DNA of 64,000 nucleotides from Bacteroidales bacterium (lineage in GTDB: Bacteria; Bacteroidota; Bacteroidia; Bacteroidales; VadinHA17), in assembly GCA_025358455.1 (NCBI GenBank), contig JANYJP010000040.1, positions 1,758-65,757 of the forward strand, given 5' to 3'. Made by a program: the position numbers and the translations under genes. Positions 54,401 to 64,000 of this stretch are shown here, in pieces. Position 1 is the stretch's first letter. Each line of letters starts with the position of its first letter. The notes under the pieces were generated by a model that was given only the letters and a program-made list of their open reading frames with translations, did no database searches and was not told the DNA's origin.

Positions 54401-55834
54401 CAAATGAAGACGACCTGCTTTTGTCGCCACCCACAGAACCTTATTATTGTCTTCAAGGATTGCACGGGCAACATTATCGAGTATGTCTGAACTGTTTTTT
54501 TCAGGTAAATAATGTTCAAACGCTGCATTTTTAAGAATAACCTTTTCAATACCTCCCATCACCTGCCCTGTTCCAACCCAAAGCTGACCTGATTTGTCCT
54601 CCACCACACAATGAACAAAGTTTGAAGAAATTGTATTAACGTTCCTGGGATCATTCCTGAAGAATTCAAAACGATCTGATTTTCTGTTATATAAAGCCAG
54701 CCCGCTACCATGAAGTCCTAACCATAGGTTACCCTTGGTATCTTCAAAGAACTGGGGTCTCTCAAGATCGGTGAGTGGTCTAATCTCTTCCGGAGTTAAC
54801 TCATAGTATTCTGAAAGTAGATTTTTCATGTTTAGCCTTGTAGCTCCGAAATCGACGGCGGTCAGCCATACATTCCCGGTTTTGTCTTCATATATCGCTC
54901 CAAGGTTTTTGCTATGAAATTCTATTTGTTTCCAGTTTGTTCCGGTACTGTCGGTAATCATAACTCCTTTCCCTTCAAATCCTGCAAGAACCATTCTGTT
55001 CTTCGTAATATACAGGTGAGATATCCTGTAGAACTTTTGCCCGGTCATGTAATCTATGAAAAGATTCTTCGTTACTTGAGAATCCTTGTCATACGCAATA
55101 ATGCCTTGATTTTCAGTTCCAAACCAGAGCTCTTTCTTTAATTCACATATTGCTGTAAATGAAGTCCCTGGTAATTTATATTCAAATGAAAGATTACTAT
55201 TTCTAATTTTGTTTTCTGCTACATAATTAATACCCTTGCTTGTACCGATCCATAAATTTCCCTTGTAATCTTTGTGTAAAAATCTTATTGAAGGATCAGT
55301 CAGCTTATTATCTGATTTATCAGTGAAATTTTTAACCTTATATGTTTTTCCGGAAGGATCATACTTCAGATAATATAGTCCTGATACTGCCGACCCGAGG
55401 ATTATTACATCATCAGAATATTGCAGGAAGTATTGCATGGCTCCGTTCTTCACGTCAGAACCTGTATAGTAAGGAAGTGAAGTAAATACCTCTGATTCAG
55501 GATTAAAGAAATGATAATACCCGTCATATGTTTCCAGCCAGATGAATCCTCTGCGATCTTCCCAGAGTTTGGTAACCCTGTTGTTAGTAAAATTGTTCCC
55601 ATTTTCTGAACTGCTCCGGTAAATCTTGAATTCATATCCGTCGTATCTGTTCAGTCCGTTCATTGTTCCAATCCACATAAATCCCTTACTGTCGAAAAGA
55701 ATGCTGAATGCCGTATTCTGTGACAACCCATCATCGGAACCCATATGCTCAAAACGAAATATATCCTGTCCATAACCTGCATATGGCATGAGAACAAGAA
55801 TAATGAGAAGAAATATTTTAGAGAGTGACTTCAT
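51446..55834 (-). CDS. Hybrid two-component system sensor/regulator (HTCS): periplasmic propeller repeats, HisKA, HATPase, receiver, AraC HTH
   Basis: 1462 aa. It has a signal peptide, many WIGT/WFGT propeller repeats, and a Y_Y_Y region. H-box FFTNISHEIRTPL, receiver LVVEDN...DIMMPELDG, and a C-terminal AraC-type HTH. Confidence 0.9.
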   Translation of the reverse strand: MKSLSKIFLLIILVLMPYAGYGQDIFRFEHMGSDDGLSQNTAFSILFDSKGFMWIGTMNGLNRYDGYEFKIYRSSSENGNNFTNNRVTKLWEDRRGFIWLETYDGYYHFFNPESEVFTSLPYYTGSDVKNGAMQYFLQYSDDVIILGSAVSGLYYLKYDPSGKTYKVKNFTDKSDNKLTDPSIRFLHKDYKGNLWIGTSKGINYVAENKIRNSNLSFEYKLPGTSFTAICELKKELWFGTENQGIIAYDKDSQVTKNLFIDYMTGQKFYRISHLYITKNRMVLAGFEGKGVMITDSTGTNWKQIEFHSKNLGAIYEDKTGNVWLTAVDFGATRLNMKNLLSEYYELTPEEIRPLTDLERPQFFEDTKGNLWLGLHGSGLALYNRKSDRFEFFRNDPRNVNTISSNFVHCVVEDKSGQLWVGTGQVMGGIEKVILKNAAFEHYLPEKNSSDILDNVARAILEDNNKVLWVATKAGRLHLYDSTLKQINVFLSLPGIGPVSFRNITYSLFLDNKEYLWIGSKGYGLAVTTRPLSKTKGKYNDIRFRRFEYSEKDSYSISNNNIYSICQDQSGNIWVGTYGNGLNLVRNPYTNDIKFIRINQQNSNISSNLLRHLLVDSSGNLWIATTFGLNLLEKKNIESGNFLFKVFLRSTSDDKSLIYNDIIHMFEDTRGKLWFGTYGGGADMLEGFDGQKATFKHLGSEIVSGYGIIFGILEDNTGKIWMSSENGLMRFDPSTQSSEIYNNFNGLGFNNFSENTCYKRRDGSLLFGGNLGFEVIRPEKIVQLPPVARIELTKFLIFNTEVSTNQRNSPLKKSISFSDNISLSYLQSSFSIDYSALDFLDPGKIDYSYKLDNFDRIWNNVGNQHRATYTNLSPGKYEFRVKSVQRNGRSVSYDRLLNITITPPWWRTMPAYIFYFIILTLIAISIYKTVTRINRYKNALLIEKKVNEYKLQFFTNISHEIRTPLTLIIGPIEDMLAESDISDKKRLQMEIMLKNARRMLQLTNQLLDFRKVQNNKMVLKIKRIDIVKFTREIYDSFIPLANHKGITCSFNSKFDSFLLYADPNKLDTIIYNIISNALKFTNTGKKVSLSIEESEPNNSIDISVTDEGPGIPQKDMNDIFTRYTILSNDELAGTGIGLSLSYELAKLHKGGILITSVVGKGSTFTLRLLKGNDHFTISSAFETVEPDDQAQHFKHKNEVPDDYYDEELPLSDTSDKNMILVVEDNQEILNYICQSLKSFFICIGARNGSEGLHLAKTLNPDLVITDIMMPELDGMEMTKRLKEDFNTSHIPVIMLTSKSNLKDQIEGIETGAEAYIVKPFNMEYLKTVAGNLINQRAKVIASFIGKKSEQMDLPRVNSKDKEFLTRLVSFIEEKYSTDCSIEILSEHCNVSRTVFYNKIKGLTGSSPIDFVRKIKLNIAANLIEEGYNVSEVSFKTGFTDVKYFSRLFKLQFGHSPSHHKSDT

Positions 55835-55991
55835 TAATCAGATATAATGAGATATCCCCGTGAAGGCAAAACAAATTTAATCAAACATTTGCATTTTTGG
55901 ACAATTTGTCTACCTAAATCCGATAATTTACCTGCCTCGTAACATATCTTTAAACAGTAAATTCGGATTGTTATTAACCTGATCCTTTTTG

Positions 55992-57581
55992 ATGAAAAAA
56001 ATTCTTTTTATCCTGCTTCTTTCAGTGGGGCTTTTCAGGGCCGGATCTCAGACAATCTGGACCAATATTTCTAAACATGGGGCTGATCCTGAGGGTAAGA
56101 TTAAGTGTACTAATATAATTAACAACCTTATTGACAGTATTGCCGGCAAAGGCGGAGGAACATTGTTTTTTCCGGCAGGAACTTTTCTTACCGGTCCTAT
56201 AATAATGAAGAGTAACATCACCTTATATATAGATGCAGGATCAACAATTGTTTTCTCAGATGATTTTGATGATTACCTGCCTATGGTACAGTCGCGATGG
56301 GAAGATGTAAGGGTGAAAAATTTCAAATCCCAGATTTATGCTTATAAATGCGAGAATATTTCTATACGTGGTGATGGACATCTCGAAGGGCAGGGTAAGA
56401 AGTGGTGGGACTTCATGCAAAAAATAAATACAAATCAACCGGTTGAAAACAAATGGCAGGAGATTTTTAAAAAAGAAAATGCTGCGGTTCTTGGAAAAAA
56501 CCAGTACATATGCTCAAAGAATAATTTTCTACGGCCTCCGATGATCACTACATATGAATGTAAGAATGTTCTTATTGAAGGTGTAAGCTTTTCAAATCCG
56601 CCATTCTGGACTATTATGCCCGCATTCACGGATAATATTACTATTACCGGTATAACCATTGAAAACCCCGGCAATTCACCCAATACTGACGGTATTGATC
56701 CCTCATCTTGTAAGAATGTTCACATATCTAATTGTCATATTTCAGTTGGTGATGATTGTATTGTTATAAAATCGGGGCGCGATGAAGATGGCCGCCAGGC
56801 AAACAGCTCCACTGAAAACGTAACAATAACTAATTGTACTATGCTCAAGGGACACGGGGGTGTAGTAATTGGAAGCGAGATGAGCGGAGGTGTTAAAAGA
56901 ATTGCTATTTCGAACTGCATATTTGACGGTACCGATATCGGAATAAGGATTAAAACTATGCGAGGCAGGGGAGGTGTAGTAGAAGATGTTGTCGTGTCAA
57001 ATGTTATAATGAATAATATTGTGAATGAAGGCATTCTGATTACTTTACGCTATCAGAGAACTCAGGCGGAACCTCTTTCCGAAAGGACGCCGGCAGTTAA
57101 GAATGTTCATCTGTCGGGAATAGATATACAAGGAGCCCTGCGACCTGTAGCCATTTATGGACTGGAGGAAAGAGATGTTAATCAAATATCATTCTCCGAC
57201 ATTTCCTCGTTCTCCAAAATGGGGATACTTCTTGAAAACACTTCCGGAATAAGTTTTCATGATATACGGATGGAGATTACTGAAGGCAGTGCATTTGAAG
57301 CAAAAGATTCGAAAAAGATCAACTGGGATTTAGTATCTGTTACAACTCCTGTGAATGACCTGCCATTATTAAAGCTTACCAATTGCCAGGATGTAAAAGT
57401 GTCAAATTGTTTTCAATCTGAAAATCTCAGATCTTATCTTTCCGGGGATGAAAAGTGTGACGGAATATTTATGATAAATAATGTACTTCCTGGTACAGTT
57501 TCGTTGCATAATAATAAAGGTAAAAATATTGTGACTCAGAATAATATTATATTAAATAACTCTAAAAAACCAACTAACTAA
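55992..57581 (+). CDS. Glycoside hydrolase family 28 (polygalacturonase/rhamnogalacturonase-like)
   Basis: NTDGIDP, VGDDCIVIKSG, KGHGGVVIGSE and IRIKT. A signal peptide follows the ATG at 55992. Confidence 0.85.
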   Translation: MKKILFILLLSVGLFRAGSQTIWTNISKHGADPEGKIKCTNIINNLIDSIAGKGGGTLFFPAGTFLTGPIIMKSNITLYIDAGSTIVFSDDFDDYLPMVQSRWEDVRVKNFKSQIYAYKCENISIRGDGHLEGQGKKWWDFMQKINTNQPVENKWQEIFKKENAAVLGKNQYICSKNNFLRPPMITTYECKNVLIEGVSFSNPPFWTIMPAFTDNITITGITIENPGNSPNTDGIDPSSCKNVHISNCHISVGDDCIVIKSGRDEDGRQANSSTENVTITNCTMLKGHGGVVIGSEMSGGVKRIAISNCIFDGTDIGIRIKTMRGRGGVVEDVVVSNVIMNNIVNEGILITLRYQRTQAEPLSERTPAVKNVHLSGIDIQGALRPVAIYGLEERDVNQISFSDISSFSKMGILLENTSGISFHDIRMEITEGSAFEAKDSKKINWDLVSVTTPVNDLPLLKLTNCQDVKVSNCFQSENLRSYLSGDEKCDGIFMINNVLPGTVSLHNNKGKNIVTQNNIILNNSKKPTN

Positions 57582-57587
57582 CCTATT

Positions 57588-60500
57588 ATGAACAAAAATC
57601 TTCAAATTCGCTATCTGGTATTTTTGCTGCTGATATTAATCTCATCAGCAACATATGCACAAAATGCCAGGACAGTTACAGGGAAGGTTACCGACAAAAA
57701 CGGACTGGCACTTCCCGGTACTAATGTTATCTTAGCAGGTACTACTTCAGGGGTTCAGGCCGATGTAAACGGTAATTTTCAACTGACAATTGAGAATCCT
57801 GTAAATGCTGTAATTGAGTTTTCATTTATTGGTTTTATTATCCAGAAGATTCCCCTGGGAGATCAAACCAATATTATGGTTCAGCTTGAAGAGGATGCAG
57901 TAGGATTGAATGAAGTGGTCGTGATCGGTTACGGCACTGTTAAAAAGAGGGATCTTACAGGTTCCGTAGCTTCAATCAAGTCAGATGAAATCACCAAAAC
58001 TGCCACCAATAATGCACTTCAGTCAATGCAGGGTAAAATCGCGGGACTTGATATTACAAAGTCGAGCGGTGAATCGGGGAGCGGAGTTAATGTCTCCCTT
58101 CGTGGAAACCGTTCGGTAAATGCATCAAATGCTCCGCTTTTTCTTGTAGATGGAATAGAGTATGGTTCAACCCTGGATATTAATGCATCGGATATTGCAT
58201 CAATTGAAGTTCTCAAAGATGCTTCTTCTACTGCAATTTATGGAACAAGGGGTGCGAATGGTGTAGTTATAATTACAACAAAAAGAGGGCTTGTCGGGGG
58301 CAATATTGCTGGTAAATCGAAGGTCACAATAAGCTCCTATGTCTCATTTAACAGTCCCACTAACCTTCCCAAACTTATGAATGTTGAGCAGGATTATCGT
58401 TTACTTGCTGAACGTCAGCGTTATGCGGCTGAGAAACCAACAAGTGCTTGGGGATCAACCGACATTGCAAACTACGCGCCTGAAGTTGTACTCTCACAGG
58501 TTGTAAGCGCACCGTTTGAGAAATCAGTATATGAGCTATATCAGATGGGTGGAGTGAACTGGTTTGACATGATTATGAAAAACGGTGTTACTCAGAATGA
58601 CGAAGTATCAATTACAGGAGGAGATGACAAGACTTCTTTTGGTGTATCACTGGGATATATGGATGATAAAGGCCTTTTGCGGAATGATGAATTGAAAAGA
58701 TATAACGGAAGAATAAACCTTGATCATAAAATAACAAAGAATCTTACCACAGGTGTAAATATTCAATATACATATCGCAACTGGAACCGGAGATTAGATA
58801 ATGTTTATTCTCAGTTAATAAAAATGCATTCTATGGCTGAACCTTTTTTATCTGATGGAACAATCCTTGACAAACCGTCCGAACTGGCTATCAGTCACAC
58901 CAATCCGTTGCTGAATGAAATTCCGGGTTATTATAATAACAACACACAGAATAACAGGCTCTTCGGTAATCTTTACATCGATTGGCAACTTATAAAAGGA
59001 ATGCATTTCAAATCCATTTTTGGTATTGATCAACAGTCAATACGAAATGGGGAATATAGTGATTATATGACCACTGGAAACTATCAGTTTGGAAGAGGTT
59101 CTACTTTTTTAGCTCTGAACAGTATGTCGATGGCTTATACCTGGGAGAATACTTTGAATTACGCGTTTAACATAGCAGGATCACATGATTTTCAGTTGCT
59201 TGCAGGTCAAAGTGCCCAGCAAAGAGTCTTTGAATCGCATGGCACATCAGGAATAGGTCTCCAGGACCATTATGGTAAAAACTCTTTCTACGACCTTTCA
59301 AATATTTTACCTGGCGGACGTGCAGTTAACAACGTGTTTACCCAGCAAAGTATGCTCTCTTATTTTGGAAGAGTAAATTACAAATTGTTTAATAAATACC
59401 TTCTGACAGCCTCATTACGTGCAGACGGATCTTCAGTGCTTTCAGAAGGCAACAAATGGGGATATTTCCCGTCATTAGCCGCAGCATGGGTTATTTCCGA
59501 TGAATCGTTTCTTAAACAAAATCAATTAATTGATAACCTTAAATTACGTCTGAGCTGGGGAAAGGCAGGAAACGCAGCTGTTAGCCCTTATATGACCAGG
59601 ACAATTCTTGGAGGCGATGCTGTTTATTATACTTTTGGAGGCCAGGTTCTTACCGGACGTGTTCCTGCAATACTTGGAAATCCTGATCTGTCATGGGAAA
59701 CAACTGCAACTTATGATGGAGGTTTAGATCTTTCAATTCTTAAGGGGAGAGTTTCAATAACCGCTGATTACTATTACTCCCGGACATTGGATCTTCTTCT
59801 ATTTAAAGGATTACCCGCATCTTCTGTTTATCCACAGGTATTGGCCAACGTTGGGGAGACCGAGAACAGGGGATTTGAGGCTGCATTGAATCTTAGGGTC
59901 ATTGATAACAATAATTTCAGATGGTCAGCAGACATAACATACTCAATGAACCGTGACAAAATAGTTTCTTTGGCCAGTGGGGAAACTCAGGATGTATCAA
60001 ATCCAAACCTGGCTCTGGTTGTTGGTGAACCTGTATTTGCGTTCAATGGTTATGAGGCTGACGGATGCTGGACAATAGATGAAGCAGCCACAGCTTTAAC
60101 ATTTAATAAGGTTCCCGGTGATATAAAATTAGTTGACAGAAATTCTGACGGGGTTATTAATGAACAGGATAAACGTCTCTATAATCAAAGCCCGCGATTT
60201 ATACTTGGTTGGAATAATACAGTTTCATATAAAGGCATCACTTTATCAGCCCTGGCTTATGCAAGGGTAGGACAGTGGATAAATTATGCCTATAATTTAG
60301 CTTACAAACCCACGGAAGCTGATGGGTCGCCGGCAGTTGATTTCTGGACACCTGAAAATCAGGGTGCACGGTTCCCGCGTCCCGGGATAGCTTCACAGAA
60401 TGATATGCCTGCACTTGGATTTGAAAATGCTTCATTCCTTAAAATAAGAGAAGTAACGCTTGGATATTCTTTGCCAAAATCTCTAATTGAAAAGGTACAT

Positions 60501-60641
60501 GTAAGTAACATTCGTGTTTACGGATCTTTGCAGAACTTTTTCACATTCAGTAACCTTGATAATTATGATCCTGAACGTGGCGGGGCTATTTCAAATCCTT
60601 TGTCGAAGCAAATGGTGTTTGGTATTAATTTGGAGTTTTAA
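57588..60641 (+). CDS. susC: SusC/RagA-family TonB-dependent outer-membrane transporter
   Basis: 1017 aa. N-terminal CarboxypepD_reg-like domain (VTGKVTDKNGLALPGTNV). Plug motif VVIGYGTVKKRDLTGSV. C-terminal ...FGINLEF. Confidence 0.9.
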   Translation: MNKNLQIRYLVFLLLILISSATYAQNARTVTGKVTDKNGLALPGTNVILAGTTSGVQADVNGNFQLTIENPVNAVIEFSFIGFIIQKIPLGDQTNIMVQLEEDAVGLNEVVVIGYGTVKKRDLTGSVASIKSDEITKTATNNALQSMQGKIAGLDITKSSGESGSGVNVSLRGNRSVNASNAPLFLVDGIEYGSTLDINASDIASIEVLKDASSTAIYGTRGANGVVIITTKRGLVGGNIAGKSKVTISSYVSFNSPTNLPKLMNVEQDYRLLAERQRYAAEKPTSAWGSTDIANYAPEVVLSQVVSAPFEKSVYELYQMGGVNWFDMIMKNGVTQNDEVSITGGDDKTSFGVSLGYMDDKGLLRNDELKRYNGRINLDHKITKNLTTGVNIQYTYRNWNRRLDNVYSQLIKMHSMAEPFLSDGTILDKPSELAISHTNPLLNEIPGYYNNNTQNNRLFGNLYIDWQLIKGMHFKSIFGIDQQSIRNGEYSDYMTTGNYQFGRGSTFLALNSMSMAYTWENTLNYAFNIAGSHDFQLLAGQSAQQRVFESHGTSGIGLQDHYGKNSFYDLSNILPGGRAVNNVFTQQSMLSYFGRVNYKLFNKYLLTASLRADGSSVLSEGNKWGYFPSLAAAWVISDESFLKQNQLIDNLKLRLSWGKAGNAAVSPYMTRTILGGDAVYYTFGGQVLTGRVPAILGNPDLSWETTATYDGGLDLSILKGRVSITADYYYSRTLDLLLFKGLPASSVYPQVLANVGETENRGFEAALNLRVIDNNNFRWSADITYSMNRDKIVSLASGETQDVSNPNLALVVGEPVFAFNGYEADGCWTIDEAATALTFNKVPGDIKLVDRNSDGVINEQDKRLYNQSPRFILGWNNTVSYKGITLSALAYARVGQWINYAYNLAYKPTEADGSPAVDFWTPENQGARFPRPGIASQNDMPALGFENASFLKIREVTLGYSLPKSLIEKVHVSNIRVYGSLQNFFTFSNLDNYDPERGGAISNPLSKQMVFGINLEF

Positions 60642-60659
60642 TTGCAAAATCATATAATA

Positions 60660-62621
60660 ATGAAAAAAGGAATTAAATATATAACAATGATATTTGCTGT
60701 TTTTACTTTAGCGAATATCTCTTGCAAAGATTATCTCCTTGAAGATAACAGAACAGGTTCTACAGAAGACGTTATCTACTCCACCAGATCAGGTCTTGAT
60801 GGATTGGTTGCTTCAAGTTATTCATATCTCCGCGGGTGGTATGGAAAAGAAGCAGCATTCGGCTTAAGTGAAGGAGGTACAGATACCTGGCTTACAGCTT
60901 ATGATAACCGCCAGAAGGTATTGATTGATTATTACGGGGTTACACCTGAAGTGGCAAGTAGTTCACGTGAAACGATGAATGCATGCTTCGATGAATTCTG
61001 GGAGCTGTTTTATTCAGCGGTAAATGTTTGTAATACAGGTATGAAAAATGTTACTGCCGCCCCAACCTCAATCCTTTCTGATGCTGATAAAGATGCCTAT
61101 TTGGGTGAACTTAAAACACTTCGTGCTTTTTATTACTGGCACCTTGTAGAAACATGGGGCCCGGTTCAGATAAACCGTGAGCCGGTCAGCAATGTTTCAA
61201 CTATAGCACATCGTGATTCTGAAGAGGATGTATATGCCTTCATGCTTGAAGATGTGGAAGATGCTATTACCAAACTTTCTTTAAAAACCGCAAAAACAGG
61301 TCATATTAATGTGTGGGCCGCAAAAGCTCTTAAAGCAAGACTATTATTATATAAGGCAAGTAAATTTAATAATAGCCGGGCATATACAGATGCTGCAGCT
61401 GTGGCTGAGGATGTTATTGCCGGTAGCAGCACTTCATTCTATGCAAATTATGCTGATTGCTGGAAAGGACCAAATGAAAATGGTGGCGTAAATAAAGAGG
61501 TAATCTGGTATGTTGACTATTCTGATGTTCTTGAGTATAACATTATGCCTAAACGGTTAAAGCTTGATCCTAATGGCAACCAGCTTACATGGTCGCAAAT
61601 GATGATCAGGAATGCTGCAAATGCACAGGGCGGGAATGCAGCTCACCTTATGTTTGTTGGCGTATGGAACAGCGTACCGGCTACTTCATCAATTCTGAAA
61701 CGGACAGATACAGAGGCTAATAAAAATATTACTTATAAAAATGTAGTCTATAATGTCGGAACAAATTATCAGGCCTACTCAAAAGGTTTTACCAGATATA
61801 TTCCTTCCGGTTATCTTCTGGACTTGTTCAATACCACAACAGACCAAAGGTATCAGGCTTCTTTCAGAGATGTATATTATGTGGCTCCTCAATTTACAAC
61901 GGCATTTACAGGTGGTATCGCTCCTCCGGCAGGCTACGCATCAATGCGCGACACAGCACTGTACCTTACAAGGAATACTGCTACCGCGAAACAGATTGCA
62001 AGAGCGGCTAACAGGTATGTACTTTTTTCCCGTACAAGCGTGAATAACGCCGTTGTATGGCCATTATATCAGGATGCTACAGGTACACTTCCGACGATGG
62101 CTACCACTACCACAGGAAATGATAATAATAAAGGAAACAGAATGTACATTGCACTGAAGAAGTTTGATGATCTGAATGGTAGTATAATCAGAGATCTTGG
62201 CGACCGTGATGCTTTTGTATTCCGGCTCTCAGAAATGTATCTGATTGCTGCCGAAGGCTATATGATGTCTGGTCAGTCTGCTCCGGCAATTCAGAAACTG
62301 AATGCATTGAGAACTGTCAGAGCAATTACCGGGAAAACAAATGTTCTGTCTGCTGCAGAAGAATCTCAGGTTAACGGTAAAGATATTGGTGTTATGCTTG
62401 ATGAAAGAGCTCGCGAACTTTGTGGTGAGCAGCAAAGATGGTTTGACCTTAAGAGAACAGGTAAACTTATAGAGAGAGTTCAATTATATAATGGGGGCGC
62501 AAAAGCCAATATTCAGGCATTCCATGTATTGCGACCGATTCCTCAGCCACAAATGGATGCAATTACAAACAGAACTGATGGGACAGACCCAGCTGGTTTC
62601 TGGCAAAATGCAGGTTATTGA
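60660..62621 (+). CDS. susD: SusD/RagB-family nutrient-binding lipoprotein
   Basis: Lipobox LANISCKD after the ATG at 60660. C-terminal ERARELCGEQQRWFDLKR is typical of SusD. It follows susC directly. Confidence 0.9.
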   Translation: MKKGIKYITMIFAVFTLANISCKDYLLEDNRTGSTEDVIYSTRSGLDGLVASSYSYLRGWYGKEAAFGLSEGGTDTWLTAYDNRQKVLIDYYGVTPEVASSSRETMNACFDEFWELFYSAVNVCNTGMKNVTAAPTSILSDADKDAYLGELKTLRAFYYWHLVETWGPVQINREPVSNVSTIAHRDSEEDVYAFMLEDVEDAITKLSLKTAKTGHINVWAAKALKARLLLYKASKFNNSRAYTDAAAVAEDVIAGSSTSFYANYADCWKGPNENGGVNKEVIWYVDYSDVLEYNIMPKRLKLDPNGNQLTWSQMMIRNAANAQGGNAAHLMFVGVWNSVPATSSILKRTDTEANKNITYKNVVYNVGTNYQAYSKGFTRYIPSGYLLDLFNTTTDQRYQASFRDVYYVAPQFTTAFTGGIAPPAGYASMRDTALYLTRNTATAKQIARAANRYVLFSRTSVNNAVVWPLYQDATGTLPTMATTTTGNDNNKGNRMYIALKKFDDLNGSIIRDLGDRDAFVFRLSEMYLIAAEGYMMSGQSAPAIQKLNALRTVRAITGKTNVLSAAEESQVNGKDIGVMLDERARELCGEQQRWFDLKRTGKLIERVQLYNGGAKANIQAFHVLRPIPQPQMDAITNRTDGTDPAGFWQNAGY

Positions 62622-62687
62622 TCAGTATAGGTTAGTTTATATTGAATTAGTGGGTGTGGTCATCAACAAGGTTAGTTGAGAATTGCA

Positions 62688-62718
62688 GGAAAGGAGACCT
62701 CTGAATGGTCTCTTTTCC
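62688..62718. terminator. Strong hairpin after susD (terminator-like, no U-tract)
   Basis: GGAAAGGAGACC-tctgaat-GGTCTCTTTTCC. A 12-bp stem with one G-U pair. Confidence 0.3.
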
Positions 62719-62782
62719 AATGTAAATATGTTTATTATATTCAATCAAACACTATTTTTATACAGGATTAAATTACACGATT

Positions 62783-63961
62783 ATGTTCAATAAAATAATT
62801 CTTGTGTTTTTACTTGGAATAGTATCATATAATTTCCAGGCGCAGGATCAGAGTAACATACAGAATGAGCTTAAATGGTCCGTCAGAATGGCAAATACAG
62901 TAATGGCCAAATCGGAAAGCCTGATCTATTATGTTGACAATAATCCCAAATGGGCCTATGATGTTGCTTTTCTGGGCATGGCTATTGACAGACTTGGGAA
63001 AAAAGATATAAAGTACTCAAAGTACATGGAAGAGTGGGTCAATCATTTTGTGAAGAAAGATGGCTCTGTAACAGATTACAGGATACAGGAATATAACCTT
63101 GACAGGATCTTTCCGGGCAGAGACATAATAACCCTGTATGAAAGAAATCCTGATCCGAAGTACAAGATTGCTGCGGACAACTTTATTGAACAGCTCAAAA
63201 CTCACCCCAGAACAAATTCAGGGGGTTATTGGCATAAAAATATTTATCCCTGGCAGATGTGGCTCGATGGGATCTTCATGGCATCAACTTATATGGCTCA
63301 ATATGCAAAAGAATTTAATGAACCAGAATGGTTTGATGTTGCCACTGCCCAGACAAAAATGATCTATGAGAAAACAGTCGATCCAAAGTCGGGACTACTT
63401 ATGCATGCATGGGACGAGAGCCATTCGCAAAAATGGTGCGATCCTGTGACCGGCAAATCACATTATCCCTGGAGCCGGGCTATGGGTTGGTATGTTTTAG
63501 CAATTGAAGATATCCTTGAATATCTGCCTGCAAACCATCCCGACAGAGTACAACTTGTTTCAATTCTTCAGAAGACCTGCGATGCTCTCAATAAAGTACG
63601 GGACCCTGAAAGCGGAATCTGGTTTCAGGTTCTAAATCAGGGCAACAGGCAAGGCAATTACCTTGAAGGATCAGGCTCAGCAATGTATGCATATGCCTTT
63701 GCAAGGGGTGCTCATAAAGGATATCTGGATAAGAAATATCTTACTATCGCGAACAGTGCATTTGACGGTATATTGAAAAAACTCATTTCCATCGATGATA
63801 AAGGTATTATTACAATGCACAATATATGTGGAGGTTGCGGCCTGGGCGGTACTCCTTACCGCGATGGGAGTTTTGAATATTATGTGAACGAGAAACGCAT
63901 TGATAATGATCCGAAAGGCGTTGCACCCTTCATTCTGGCTGCAATTGAACTGAATAGGTAA
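62783..63961 (+). CDS. GH105 (YteR-like) unsaturated rhamnogalacturonyl hydrolase
   Basis: 392 aa with a signal peptide. GGYWHKNIYPWQMWLDGIFM and WSRAMGWYVLAIEDILEYLP are typical of the Glyco_hydro_88/GH105 fold. Confidence 0.85.
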   Translation: MFNKIILVFLLGIVSYNFQAQDQSNIQNELKWSVRMANTVMAKSESLIYYVDNNPKWAYDVAFLGMAIDRLGKKDIKYSKYMEEWVNHFVKKDGSVTDYRIQEYNLDRIFPGRDIITLYERNPDPKYKIAADNFIEQLKTHPRTNSGGYWHKNIYPWQMWLDGIFMASTYMAQYAKEFNEPEWFDVATAQTKMIYEKTVDPKSGLLMHAWDESHSQKWCDPVTGKSHYPWSRAMGWYVLAIEDILEYLPANHPDRVQLVSILQKTCDALNKVRDPESGIWFQVLNQGNRQGNYLEGSGSAMYAYAFARGAHKGYLDKKYLTIANSAFDGILKKLISIDDKGIITMHNICGGCGLGGTPYRDGSFEYYVNEKRIDNDPKGVAPFILAAIELNR

Positions 63962-63967
63962 ATCACT

Positions 63968-64000
63968 ATGATAAAAAATGCTTATTCAATACTGAAAAGT
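63968..64000 (+). CDS. Start of a further gene in the polysaccharide utilisation locus (partial, 11 codons)
   Basis: ATG at 63968, 7 nt after the GH105 stop (MIKNAYSILKS...). Too short to identify. Confidence 0.25.
   Translation, partial: MIKNAYSILKS

Noticed and set aside
55835-55991. Promoter motifs between the HTCS and GH28 genes (several TTTG-containing stretches)
   Set aside because: No exact TAnnTTTG match at a sensible distance, so no promoter is called.
1-64000. Scan for CRISPR arrays, tRNA/rRNA genes, IS elements, integrases, prophage genes and toxin-antitoxin pairs
   Set aside because: No regularly spaced direct repeats were seen. No T-loop/acceptor-like tRNA features appear in the intergenic regions, and no transposase or integrase motifs appear in any ORF. 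This was a by-eye scan only, so a covariance-model or repeat-finder run could still reveal small elements.

Overview
Low-GC chromosomal segment that looks like an anaerobic member of the Bacteroidota. Supporting evidence: a SusC/SusD pair, a hybrid two-component sensor with an AraC domain, TAnnTTTG-type -7 promoter motifs, and an OprO/P-family porin. About 45 protein genes are tightly packed and mostly housekeeping. I found no rRNA, tRNA, CRISPR array, transposase, integrase or phage gene.

Gene content, left to right:
- purL, which runs off the left edge and is therefore missing from the supplied ORF track.
- An M3 peptidase, a secreted beta-propeller/phosphoesterase fusion, DUF3127, two peptidyl-prolyl isomerases, MnmD, and a TAT-exported TIM-barrel isomerase.
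- A heavy-metal RND locus in which CzcA is fused to a TolC-like outer-membrane factor.
- A HAD hydrolase, a PAS/GAF histidine kinase, transketolase, and two hypothetical envelope proteins.
- A three-gene [FeFe]-hydrogenase operon, an iron-sulfur flavoprotein, an SNF2 helicase, and dinB.
- A co-directional minus-strand run of 10 genes (9.6 kb): porin-pstS-pstC-pstA-pstB-cysH-cysD-cysN-cysE-cysK.
- An HD-domain/PLP-decarboxylase fusion, a small HTH protein, mqnA, purB, and an MsbA-like exporter.
- A pectin-type polysaccharide utilisation locus (HTCS, GH28, SusC, SusD, GH105).

Nothing here is clearly a novel system. The candidates most worth follow-up are:
1. A divergent Pst-type importer plus anion porin that sits in line with an APS-reductase sulfate-assimilation cluster and has no PhoU.
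2. The CzcA-OMF single-polypeptide fusion, which carries an internal signal-peptide-like segment.
3. The HD/PLP-decarboxylase fusion, which abuts a truncated Rrf2 gene.
4. A hydrogenase with a minimal HydB and a TSCSPGW (not TSCCPGW) H-cluster motif.

All functional calls come from motif recognition by eye. No database searches were run.
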